Assembly: GCA_002306085.1 (NCBI GenBank)
Contig: DBRS01000019.1
Coordinates: forward strand, 336-50,238
Length of the DNA: 49,903 nucleotides
Direction of reading: 5' to 3'
Source of the DNA: Candidatus Moranbacteria bacterium UBA1362
GTDB taxonomy: Bacteria > Patescibacteriota > Minisyncoccia > Moranbacterales > GWC2-37-73
In this document: one piece after another, positions 1-8,828 of the stretch
Layout of the letters: each line of letters opens with the position of its first letter
Numbering within the stretch: position 1 is the stretch's first letter
Made by a program: the position numbers and the translations under genes
The notes under the pieces: generated by a model
The model's database searches: none
Seen by the model: only the letters and a program-made list of their open reading frames with translations
What the model was told of the DNA's origin: nothing

Positions 1-310
1 AAAAATGTGAAATTGCCGCAATAGGAAGTTTCTTGCATTTTGCATCATCTTTTGATTTTTTACAAAAAATGCTACAATAGCAAGTGGAGATTTCTACGCA
101 TTATACATTTATCTTGCAGAACCCAGCGGCATGCCCCCGGGAGATGAAGATAAACGCAATAACATGAGGATAATTTATATTCATAACAATATATTCTAAG
201 CTACTTTAATCGGTGGTTTTTTATTTTGCCAATAAATTTTTAATCTTTAATCAATTTCTGATGTTTTAATTTTCCAAACATTCGAAATTCAAAATTCCGA
301 ACTCGAACTT

Positions 311-3300
311 ATGAAATATACTCATCTCCATGTTCACTCCCATTATTCCCTACTTGACGGTCTCGGAAAAATCGATGATCTGCTTGACCGCGCAAAAGAA
401 CTTGGCATGGATTCAATTGCGCTTACTGATCACGGAGTAATGTACGGAGCCGTGGAATTTTTCATCAAGGCCAAAGAGAAAGGGATTAAGCCCATCATCG
501 GCTGCGAAATGTATGTGACTCCAAACGACCTTCATTCCAAAAATCCGACAGCGGAAGACAGAAAAAGGTATCACCTGATTTTGCTCGTGAAAAACGAAGA
601 AGGTTATCACAACCTCATGAAACTTGTTTCAATCGCGCATCTCGAAGGATTCTATTACAAGCCGCGCATTGACCGAAAAGTTTTGCGCGAATATTGCAAA
701 GGCTTGATCGGACTTTCCGCCTGCGTCGAAGGTGAAATTCCAGCGCATATCGTCATGGGAAATTATGACAAGGCAAAAGAATTGGCATTGGAATATATCG
801 ATATTTTGGGAAAAGAAAATTTTTTCTTCGAAGTGCAGGATCATCCGAGATATCCCAACCAAAAAATCGCAAATGATGGAATTTTCAAACTTTCGAAAGA
901 ACTTGATATTCCCGTGGTCGCAACTTGCGACGTGCACTATGTGAATAAAAATGATGCGGATGCCCAGGACATTCTGCTTTGCGTGCAAACAAACCGAAAA
1001 GTTCAGGAAAAAGATCGCATGAATCTTCTGGATTTTGATTTGTCGTTGCGCTCACCTGAAGAGATGGCCAATGGATTTCCAAACAATCCGGAAGTTGTCT
1101 CAAACACGCAGCTCGTCGTCAACCAATGCAATTTCGAGTTAAAACTCGGGGAGACGCAGCTTCCCCATTTTGATGTCCCGGAAAGCTTTACACCAAAAAC
1201 TTACTTGAGACATCTTTGCGAGAAAGGACTTAAAAAACGCTTTGGCAAAAACGTCCAGAAAAAACACCGCGAGCGCATGGAATATGAGCTTTCAGTAATC
1301 AATAAGTGTGGCTATGATGCTTATTTCTTGATCGTTCAAGATTTCGTCAACTGGGCAAAAGATAACGGTATAGTCGTGGGCCCGGGCAGAGGGAGCGCGG
1401 CCGGAAGCTTTGTCTCATATCTTACAGGAATAACCAATATCGATCCGATAGAATACAATCTGCTGTTTGAAAGATTTCTGAATCCGGAAAGAGTATCAAT
1501 GCCCGATGTTGATATGGATTTTGCCGACAACAGACGCGATGATGTTCTCAACTATGTCAGGCGCAAATACGGCGAAGATCATGTTTCGCAAATCATCACA
1601 TTCGGAACAATGGCAGCGCGAGCGGCGATCCGCGATACCGGAAGAGCGCTGGGATTTCCCTATGACTTTTGTGACAAAACAGCAAAAATGATTCCGATGT
1701 TTTCTTCCATAAAAAAAGCACTGGAAGATGTACCTGAATTTCGCGCTCACTATAATTCGGGAGCTGACGCGAAGAAATTGATAGACAACGCGATGCGATT
1801 GGAGGGTGTTGTGCGCCATGCCGGCATGCACGCCTGCGGAGTGGTGATTACGAAAAAACCGGTAACGGAATATTCCCCCATCCAAAACATCATCGGAGCG
1901 CGTGAAGGAACCGTAACGCAGTATTCTTCATCTACAAAGTCCAGCTATGTGGAAAAAATAGGACTTCTAAAGATGGACTTTTTGGGACTCAAAAACCTCA
2001 CTATCATTCAAAACACACTGCGCATCGTGCGCAAAACAAAGAAAATAGAAGTGGACATGGATAACCTTCCACTCAATGACGAGAAAACATTCAAGCTGTT
2101 GCAGGAAGCACGCACGACCGGAGTCTTCCAATTGGAAAGCAGCGGCATGAAAAGATACCTAAAAATGCTCAAGCCGACGGTGTTCGAAGATATTATTGCC
2201 ATGGTAGCGCTCTATCGCCCGGGACCGATGGACTGGATTCCGGATTTTATCGCCGGAAAACACGGAAGAAAAGTAAGTTACGTGCACCCAAAACTAGAAC
2301 CGATTCTGAAAAACACATACGGCGTCGCCGTATATCAGGAACAGGTCATGCAAATCGCAAGAGACCTTGCCGGCTTCACAATGGGAGAAGCCGATGTTCT
2401 CCGCAAAGCGATGGGCAAGAAAATATTTGACCTCATCAAGGAACAAAAGATGAAATTCGTTGAAGGATGCGTCAAAAATAACATAAGCAGCGAAATTGCC
2501 GAGAGAGTTTTTTCATTCATCGAACCGTTTGCCGGCTATGGTTTCAACCGCAGTCATGCCGCCTGTTACGCGCTCATAGGACATCAAACCGCATATCTTA
2601 AGGCGCATTTCCCTGCCGAATTTATGGCAGCCCTTCTCACTTCCGACCAGGACAACACCGATCGTATCGCGATTGAAGCAAGCGAATGCCGTGACATGGG
2701 CATTGAAGTTCTTGAACCAAATGTGAATGAAAGTTTTGAGGATTTTGCAGTGATCGTCGGCAACGACGGAGTTGAAAGGATACGTTTCGGATTTAACGCC
2801 ATTAAGAATGTCGGACACGTTGTGGCGCACGAAATAGTCGAAGAAAGAAAAAGAAACGGAAAATTCAAATCGCTCGGCGATTTTCTCAAGAGAGTTGAGA
2901 CAAAAGATTTAAACAAAAAATCCATTGAGGCCTTGGCAAAAGTGGGAGCGCTGCGCGAACTTGGAGAAAGAAATCAGATTCTTGAGAGTATGGAACAAAT
3001 CCTTACGTTCATGAAAAATATTCAAAAGGAAAAGAATTCAAATCAGGTGAGTCTTTTTGGAGAAACCGCTTTGGAAACTCCGCAGGTCCCGTTGGTTGAG
3101 ACTGAGCCTGCAACCAAAAATCAGAAACTCAAATGGGAAAAAGAACTTTTAGGACTTTATGTGAGCGGACACCCGGCGCTTGAATACCAAAACTACATCG
3201 AAAAGGTAGGCATGCCTCTTGATCAGCTCTCACATGATCTTGTGGGGCAAAAGATAGCAATCGGAGGGGTTATCCAGAAAGTACAAAAAATCCTCACAAA

Positions 3301-3793
3301 GAACCAGCAGACGATGTACTTCATTATGCTTGAAGATATGAAAGGAAAGATTGAAATTCTTGTTTTCCCGAAAGTCTTGGAAAGAATTGCAAACCTTTGG
3401 GAAGAGGAAAGAGTCATAATAGCCGAAGGGCGGCTTTCAGACAAGGATGGGGCGTATAAATTGATCGTTGACGATGCAAGAGAGATAAACAGTGCGGAAA
3501 TCGAGAATTATCTTAGAATCGAAGCAACGAAAAAAAATTATGCCAAAGCGGAGTCAGAATCCGCGAGAAATGGAAATAGATTGATTATAACGCTTCCACA
3601 TGATGCAACACCCGAAATGATTCAAAGACTTTCCGAATTCTTCAATACATGCAAAAGCGGGGAGTGTAAAGTGTTTTTGCATCACCTTGAAAACAAACTT
3701 GAAACGCCCTTTCAAATCGAACACAACAAGGAGTTTTTGGAAAAAATAAAAGAAATTGTGCGAGAAGGTAAAGTGGAACTTGTCACGCACTAA
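311..3793 (+). CDS. dnaE: DNA polymerase III alpha subunit
   Basis: PHP domain (HLHVHS, TDHG, GCE, SAC, TCDVHY, with metal ligands apparently intact), GPGRGSAAGS, catalytic PDVDMDF, C-terminal OB fold. Confidence 0.98.
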   Translation: MKYTHLHVHSHYSLLDGLGKIDDLLDRAKELGMDSIALTDHGVMYGAVEFFIKAKEKGIKPIIGCEMYVTPNDLHSKNPTAEDRKRYHLILLVKNEEGYHNLMKLVSIAHLEGFYYKPRIDRKVLREYCKGLIGLSACVEGEIPAHIVMGNYDKAKELALEYIDILGKENFFFEVQDHPRYPNQKIANDGIFKLSKELDIPVVATCDVHYVNKNDADAQDILLCVQTNRKVQEKDRMNLLDFDLSLRSPEEMANGFPNNPEVVSNTQLVVNQCNFELKLGETQLPHFDVPESFTPKTYLRHLCEKGLKKRFGKNVQKKHRERMEYELSVINKCGYDAYFLIVQDFVNWAKDNGIVVGPGRGSAAGSFVSYLTGITNIDPIEYNLLFERFLNPERVSMPDVDMDFADNRRDDVLNYVRRKYGEDHVSQIITFGTMAARAAIRDTGRALGFPYDFCDKTAKMIPMFSSIKKALEDVPEFRAHYNSGADAKKLIDNAMRLEGVVRHAGMHACGVVITKKPVTEYSPIQNIIGAREGTVTQYSSSTKSSYVEKIGLLKMDFLGLKNLTIIQNTLRIVRKTKKIEVDMDNLPLNDEKTFKLLQEARTTGVFQLESSGMKRYLKMLKPTVFEDIIAMVALYRPGPMDWIPDFIAGKHGRKVSYVHPKLEPILKNTYGVAVYQEQVMQIARDLAGFTMGEADVLRKAMGKKIFDLIKEQKMKFVEGCVKNNISSEIAERVFSFIEPFAGYGFNRSHAACYALIGHQTAYLKAHFPAEFMAALLTSDQDNTDRIAIEASECRDMGIEVLEPNVNESFEDFAVIVGNDGVERIRFGFNAIKNVGHVVAHEIVEERKRNGKFKSLGDFLKRVETKDLNKKSIEALAKVGALRELGERNQILESMEQILTFMKNIQKEKNSNQVSLFGETALETPQVPLVETEPATKNQKLKWEKELLGLYVSGHPALEYQNYIEKVGMPLDQLSHDLVGQKIAIGGVIQKVQKILTKNQQTMYFIMLEDMKGKIEILVFPKVLERIANLWEEERVIIAEGRLSDKDGAYKLIVDDAREINSAEIENYLRIEATKKNYAKAESESARNGNRLIITLPHDATPEMIQRLSEFFNTCKSGECKVFLHHLENKLETPFQIEHNKEFLEKIKEIVREGKVELVTH

Positions 3794-3888
3794 CTTTTGG
3801 GATTTCATTTCAATTAAAAACATGGTTTAAGCCTGGCGAACTATCAGCGTTTTAAAAAATAGAAAGTTGGTGCGCAACTTGCATAAAC

Positions 3889-3917
3889 TTGCGCAAACAG
3901 CAGCCTTTTACTATACT
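3889..3917 (+). promoter_or_regulatory. sigma70-type promoter for the thrS leader
   Basis: TTGCGC (3889-3894), 17 bp spacer, TATACT (3912-3917). Confidence 0.7.
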
Positions 3918-3929
3918 AAAATTACAAAT

Positions 3930-4078
3930 AAGTGAGACTGCGGACTACCAACCCGCAACAAAAAGTCTCCGTTTCGGCAGCTTACGAATAAGCGCAAAAA
4001 GTGCCCAGAAAATAAGGGAATTCGAGTGGAACCTCCCGCCCTTCTGCAGAAAGCGGGACTCGAAAGTCGTTTATTTTT
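3930..4078 (+). ncRNA. compact T-box riboswitch (Thr, specifier ACC)
   Basis: Antiterminator TTCGAG-TGGAACC-TCCCGC...GCGGGA-CTCGAA (4021-4064); hairpin loop CT-ACC-AA (3945-3951); alternative terminator-like hairpin followed by a U-tract; lies directly upstream of thrS. Confidence 0.85.
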
Positions 4079-4109
4079 AGGCATTTTTTAATTTTTAAAT
4101 TACAAATAC

Positions 4110-5870
4110 ATGAAAACTGCAAAAAATAACATTGAAATTCTACGCCATTCAACATCGCATGTCCTCGCTTCTGCTGTCTTAGAAATGTTTCCGGAAGCAA
4201 AATTCGGAGTGGGACCTGCCATAGAAAACGGATTCTATTATGATTTTGATCTTCCTCGCACCCTGATTCCAGAAGATTTGCCGCTTCTCGAAGAAAAAAT
4301 GAAAGAGATTATCAAAAAAGATTTTCCGTTTGAACGGGCAGAAATTTCGACTGAAAAGGCACGGAAAGATTTCGAAAAACTCGGCCAAACCTACAAAGTA
4401 GAATTAATCGACGATTTGGCAAAAGAAGGCAATAAAAAAGTTTCAGTATACAAAACCGGACCTTTCGTGGATCTTTGCAGCGGTCCTCATATTGAATCGA
4501 CGGGAAAAATAAATCCGAAGGCTTTTGCACTTACAAAAATTTCCGGAGCATATTGGAAAGGTGATGAAAAAAACAAGCAGATGCAGAGAATATATGGAGT
4601 GGTTTTTGAAACTGAAAAAGAGCTGAGGCAATACAAAATCCAGCAAGAAGAAGCAGCCAAGCGTGACCATCGCAAATTAGGCAAAGATTTGGATCTATTT
4701 TGTTTTTCCGATTTAGTCGGTCCTGGGCTACCCTTGTTTACTCCCAAGGGAACTATTATTATTGATGAATTAAAAAAAGCAGTAGAAAGTATTTGCCGAA
4801 AATACGGTTTTGAAAAGGTATCTGCCCCTTCACTGGCAAAAATTGAGCTTTTTGAAATATCCGGACACGCAAAAAAATTCGGCGACGAGTTGTTTCATGT
4901 CACTTCAGAAAAAAAACATGACTTCGTATTAAAACCCGTACAATGTCCGCATCACACTCAAATTTATGCTTCAAAGACAAGATCTTATAGGGATTTACCC
5001 ATAAGATATATGGAATCAGATAAACAATATCGAGCTGAAAAAACCGGGGAGGTTGGAGGATTATCAAGAGTTTACGCGATAACAGTTGAGGATGGTCATT
5101 CCTTCTGCAGGGTTGACCAAGTAAAGGATGAGGTGGTTAATATGGTGAAAATTATAAAAAATTTCTACAGCGCCCTGGGACTTTGGGGAAACCACCGAGT
5201 ATGTTTATCTGTCAGAGATTATGATCATCCGGAAAAATATATCGGCGATCAAAAAGATTGGGATACCTGTGAAAAAATGCTTCAGGAAATTTCTAATGAA
5301 ATGAATCTCTCTGCTGAAAAACAAGAGGGTGAAGCTGCCCTTTACGGACCGAAACTAGATTTTATGTTCAAAGATGCTACTGGCAGAGAAATTCAAATTC
5401 CAACTGTTCAGCTCGATTTCGCCACTGCTAAAAAATTCAAACTGCATTATATAAATGAAAAGGGAGAAAAAATTTCTCCCGTGATGGTTCATAGAGCAAT
5501 TTTAGGATCTTACGAAAGGTTCCTGGTTCTTCTGATTGAACATTATGCCGGCGCTTTTCCGCTTTGGCTCTCACCTGTGCAAATGACGATTATTCCGGTT
5601 TCGGAAAAATTTTCCGATTATGCAAAAGACGTTAAGAAGAAGCTTCTTGAAAGAAATATCCGCGTTGAAATTAACGACAAAGCAGAATCGCTCGGCAAAA
5701 GAATTTCCGAAACCGAAAAACAAAAAATTCCATACATTCTTGTTGTTGGCGAAAAAGAAATGAAAGACGGAACCGTGAACGTGAGAACTCACGGCGAAAA
5801 ACAGCAAAACGTTTTTTCTGTTGATGAGTTTGTTGAGAAAGTTGAGAAGGAGGTTAATGAGAAGAAATAA
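4110..5870 (+). CDS. thrS: threonine--tRNA ligase (no N-terminal TGS domain)
   Basis: RHSTSH and DLCSGPH editing motifs, RDHRKLG, YGPKLDF, VHRAILGSYERF, anticodon-binding domain. Confidence 0.97.
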   Translation: MKTAKNNIEILRHSTSHVLASAVLEMFPEAKFGVGPAIENGFYYDFDLPRTLIPEDLPLLEEKMKEIIKKDFPFERAEISTEKARKDFEKLGQTYKVELIDDLAKEGNKKVSVYKTGPFVDLCSGPHIESTGKINPKAFALTKISGAYWKGDEKNKQMQRIYGVVFETEKELRQYKIQQEEAAKRDHRKLGKDLDLFCFSDLVGPGLPLFTPKGTIIIDELKKAVESICRKYGFEKVSAPSLAKIELFEISGHAKKFGDELFHVTSEKKHDFVLKPVQCPHHTQIYASKTRSYRDLPIRYMESDKQYRAEKTGEVGGLSRVYAITVEDGHSFCRVDQVKDEVVNMVKIIKNFYSALGLWGNHRVCLSVRDYDHPEKYIGDQKDWDTCEKMLQEISNEMNLSAEKQEGEAALYGPKLDFMFKDATGREIQIPTVQLDFATAKKFKLHYINEKGEKISPVMVHRAILGSYERFLVLLIEHYAGAFPLWLSPVQMTIIPVSEKFSDYAKDVKKKLLERNIRVEINDKAESLGKRISETEKQKIPYILVVGEKEMKDGTVNVRTHGEKQQNVFSVDEFVEKVEKEVNEKK

Positions 5871-5891
5871 AAAATATACACTTCATTCTTG

Positions 5892-5923
5892 CTATAAATT
5901 TATGCGACCGCATAAATTTATAG
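5892..5923. repeat. perfect 15-bp inverted repeat
   Basis: CTATAAATTTATGCG-AC-CGCATAAATTTATAG. Confidence 0.85.
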
Positions 5924-5945
5924 TATTGGCTTAAAACGATAATGT

Positions 5946-7289
5946 ATGCCTGGGTATTTTATAAAAACATTCGGATGTCAAATGAACATTTCCGATAGTG
6001 AACGAATTGCCGCTTCTTTGGAAAGTTGCGGTTTTGTGCCGGCTTCCCGGATTGAAAATGCAGATCTTGTTATTTTCAATACCTGCGGCGTGCGCCAATC
6101 GGCAGAAAACCGCGCCTATACTCTTATCCATAATCTCAAGCGACAAGCAGCAAATGACAAGAAACAAATAAAAATAGTGCTGACCGGCTGTCTTGCCAAC
6201 AGAAAAGATGTGCAAAGAAGATTGAAAGATTTGGTAGATTTGTTTTTTGCAATAGATGATTTTGATTCATTTAAAAATTGGATTACTAAAAATTATTTAA
6301 AAATTAAAAACTCGAAATTAAAAATTTCTGCGCAAAATGGTTCACTGAATAAGGAAGAAATTGCCTATTTGTCCATTAAGCCAAAGTATAATAATAAATA
6401 TCAGGCCTACGTCCCGATCATGACCGGCTGCAACAACTTTTGTTCCTACTGTGTCGTGCCATATGCGAGAGGTCGGGAAATTTCAAGGCGGACAGAAGAA
6501 ATAATTTCTGAAATAAAAGATCTGGCAAAAAACGGATGCAAACACGTGATGCTTCTGGGACAAAATGTGAATTCGTATAAGGGAGAAAATGGCATAAATT
6601 TTTCAAAGCTGCTCAAAAAAATCAATGCGATTCCCGGAAAATTCTGGATTTCTTTTATCTCATCCCATCCAAAAGACTTTGATGACGAGCTCATTGAAAC
6701 GATTGCGAAATGCAAAAAAGTTTGCGAGTGGGTGCATCTTCCAGTGCAAGCCGGAAGTGATGAAATAATCCGCAAAATGAACAGACATTACACGCAAAAG
6801 CAATATTTGGCAAAAATTGCAAAAATTCGCAAAGCGTTTAAAAGATATAAGCCTGACGCAATATATTCGCTGTCATCGGACATAATCGTGGGGTTTCCCG
6901 GAGAAACAAGAAAACAATTTTTGGAATCCGCCAAGGTTATGGAAAAAGTAAAATATGACATGGTTTTTTTCGGACAATTCTCTCCCCGCCCAGGCACGGC
7001 CGCTTGGAAAATGAAAGATAGCGTTTCAAGAAAAGAAAAAGCAAGGCGCGAAAACTTTCTCAACGAAATCCTTGCGAAAACGGCACTTACGAATAACAGA
7101 AAATACATCGGAAAAACTGTCGAGGTTTTGGTTGAAAAACATGACGGAAGAAATTATTTCGGCAAAACAAGAACAATGAAAAACGTTAAAATTATCACAT
7201 CCAGAAAAAATTTGGTAGGCAAGATAATAAAAGCCAAAATAGAAAAGGCCAGCGCATGGAATCTCGAGGGAAGATACGGAAATTTTTAG
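5946..7289 (+). CDS. miaB: tRNA ms2i6A37 methylthiotransferase MiaB
   Basis: UPF0004 cysteines (TFGCQMN, NTCGVR, TGC), radical SAM CNNFCSYC, DIIVGFPGE, TRAM domain; adjacent to miaA. Confidence 0.92.
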   Translation: MPGYFIKTFGCQMNISDSERIAASLESCGFVPASRIENADLVIFNTCGVRQSAENRAYTLIHNLKRQAANDKKQIKIVLTGCLANRKDVQRRLKDLVDLFFAIDDFDSFKNWITKNYLKIKNSKLKISAQNGSLNKEEIAYLSIKPKYNNKYQAYVPIMTGCNNFCSYCVVPYARGREISRRTEEIISEIKDLAKNGCKHVMLLGQNVNSYKGENGINFSKLLKKINAIPGKFWISFISSHPKDFDDELIETIAKCKKVCEWVHLPVQAGSDEIIRKMNRHYTQKQYLAKIAKIRKAFKRYKPDAIYSLSSDIIVGFPGETRKQFLESAKVMEKVKYDMVFFGQFSPRPGTAAWKMKDSVSRKEKARRENFLNEILAKTALTNNRKYIGKTVEVLVEKHDGRNYFGKTRTMKNVKIITSRKNLVGKIIKAKIEKASAWNLEGRYGNF

Positions 7290-7439
7290 TTAAAAATTTC
7301 TAATATCTAGAAGATCCAATCCAAGTAAGTAAAATATTACGTAAAATTTTACATACTTGCATTTAAAATCAAAATTCATTAAAGGCCAAATGCCAACAAG
7401 ATAGCGCAGTTAGCATATTAAAACTTGCGAGTTTACTTT

Positions 7440-8396
7440 ATGTCATCGGTAAAAAAAGAGAAGAAAAATAAGATTATTGTGATACTCGGTCCCACAGCAT
7501 CCGGAAAATCCGATGTCGCGATTAAACTTGCAAAGAAATTTGATGGTGAGATTATTTCTGCCGACAGCAGACAGGTTTATCGCGGAATGGATATAGGTTC
7601 CGGCAAGGTTACGAGAGATTTTTCCGGCGGCAAGAAACAAGTGGCAAATGGCAAGGAAGATAACATCTACATTTCAGAAGGAATTGCACACTATCTTATT
7701 GATGTTGCGGATCCCAATGAAGATTTTAACGTTTCACATTTCAAAAAACTTGCCAAAGAAGCAATTGAAAAAATTTTACAAAAAGGAAAACTTCCCATTA
7801 TTTGCGGCGGAACCGGATTTTGGATAAAATCGATCGTTGACAACGCAGAATTTCCAAAAGTAAAGCCCAACAAAACACTACGCGAAAAACTAAATAAAAA
7901 AACGGCCGAAGAACTTTTTCAAATGCTTGCAAAACTCGATTCCAAAAGAGCGGAAAGCATCGATCCGAAAAACAAAGTGCGCCTAATCCGTGCAATTGAA
8001 ATAGCTGAAAAGCTGGGCAAAGTTCCGGATATCGGAGACAAAACACCAGATACCAGATATCAGTTCCTACAGATCGGAATTAGCGTACCGCGCGAAGCTC
8101 TGAATGAAAAAATAAAAAAACGTCTTGACGCGCGTTTTGACGAGGGCATGGCCAGAGAAATTGAAAACCTGTACAAAGCGGGAGTTTCCTGGGTAAGACT
8201 AGAAAGTTTCGGATTGGAATATCGCTGGATCTCGAAATACCTTCAAGGAAAAGTCAGTCTTGATGAAATGAAACAAAGACTTTATTACGACATTATTCAC
8301 TATGCCAAACGCCAAATGACCTGGTTTAAGAAAGATAAGAGAATTTTGTGGCTAAAAGATTACGAAGAAATAGAAAAAGCTGTAGCGCTGTTTTAA
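7440..8396 (+). CDS. miaA: tRNA dimethylallyltransferase
   Basis: GPTASGKS, ISADSRQVYRGMDIG, GGTGFW, YAKRQMTWF; ATG at 7440 preferred over TTG at 7425. Confidence 0.96.
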   Translation: MSSVKKEKKNKIIVILGPTASGKSDVAIKLAKKFDGEIISADSRQVYRGMDIGSGKVTRDFSGGKKQVANGKEDNIYISEGIAHYLIDVADPNEDFNVSHFKKLAKEAIEKILQKGKLPIICGGTGFWIKSIVDNAEFPKVKPNKTLREKLNKKTAEELFQMLAKLDSKRAESIDPKNKVRLIRAIEIAEKLGKVPDIGDKTPDTRYQFLQIGISVPREALNEKIKKRLDARFDEGMAREIENLYKAGVSWVRLESFGLEYRWISKYLQGKVSLDEMKQRLYYDIIHYAKRQMTWFKKDKRILWLKDYEEIEKAVALF

Positions 8397-8407
8397 AAAA
8401 AATTAGA

Positions 8408-8440
8408 GGGCTTGGAAACATTGTTCCAAGCCCAATTTTT
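8408..8440. terminator. intrinsic terminator after miaA (convergent region)
   Basis: GGGCTTGGAA-ACATTG-TTCCAAGCCC followed by AATTTTT. Confidence 0.8.
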
Positions 8441-8613
8441 CACTTTGTGCTATCGCACATTATTTTACACATTTGACGCGCTACAATAGGAGTTAAACAA
8501 GATTTGCAGGCACTGGCACTTTTTAAATAACAGCTGCCAACCCTGCAAATTTTACACAGGCACGTCTCCGCATTCTTCTTTTCACTTTCAGATAAAACAA
8601 TAAGACCGGCCAT
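8440..8613 (-). CDS. small Cys-rich protein (57 aa, 8 Cys), not in the ORF track
   Basis: MAGLIVLSESEKKNAETCLCKICRVGSCYLKSASACKSCLTPIVARQMCKIMCDSTK; AGAGGAG Shine-Dalgarno; promoter at 8772-8800. Confidence 0.65.
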   Translation of the reverse strand: MAGLIVLSESEKKNAETCLCKICRVGSCYLKSASACKSCLTPIVARQMCKIMCDSTK

Positions 8614-8665
8614 CTTCCTTCTCCTCTCTTTGACATTTGATTAATTTTTTTAAAAGAACTTCGCA

Positions 8666-8696
8666 CAAAAAAATATCGCTCCTATTGGCGATATTT
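8666..8696 (-). terminator. terminator-like hairpin downstream of gatB, within the leader of the Cys-rich ORF
   Basis: AAATATCGC-8 nt-GCGATATTT followed by a T-run on the minus strand. Confidence 0.65.
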
Positions 8697-8771
8697 CTGC
8701 GCTCTTTCTATTGAAATATTTTTTACTTTCAGCTTATTATTTTTCTTCATACAGTTTCAGGCATTTTTTCA

Positions 8772-8800
8772 ATCATATCAATTCGGAAAAAAACGGTCAA
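8772..8800 (-). promoter_or_regulatory. sigma70-type promoter
   Basis: TTGACC, 17 bp spacer, TATGAT with extended TG. Confidence 0.65.
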
Positions 8801-8828
8801 GCCCTTGGCAGCCTGGAGAATCCGTTCT

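Noticed and set aside
3940-3956. E. coli-type thrS operator mimicking the tRNA-Thr anticodon arm
   Set aside because: The loop triplet is the Thr codon ACC, not an anticodon (NGU), and a full T-box antiterminator follows
8440-8613. Cys-rich microprotein as the Trm112 activator for the Trm9-like enzyme
   Set aside because: No recognisable Trm112 pattern (LxCP...YPIxxGIP) and it lies 16 kb away
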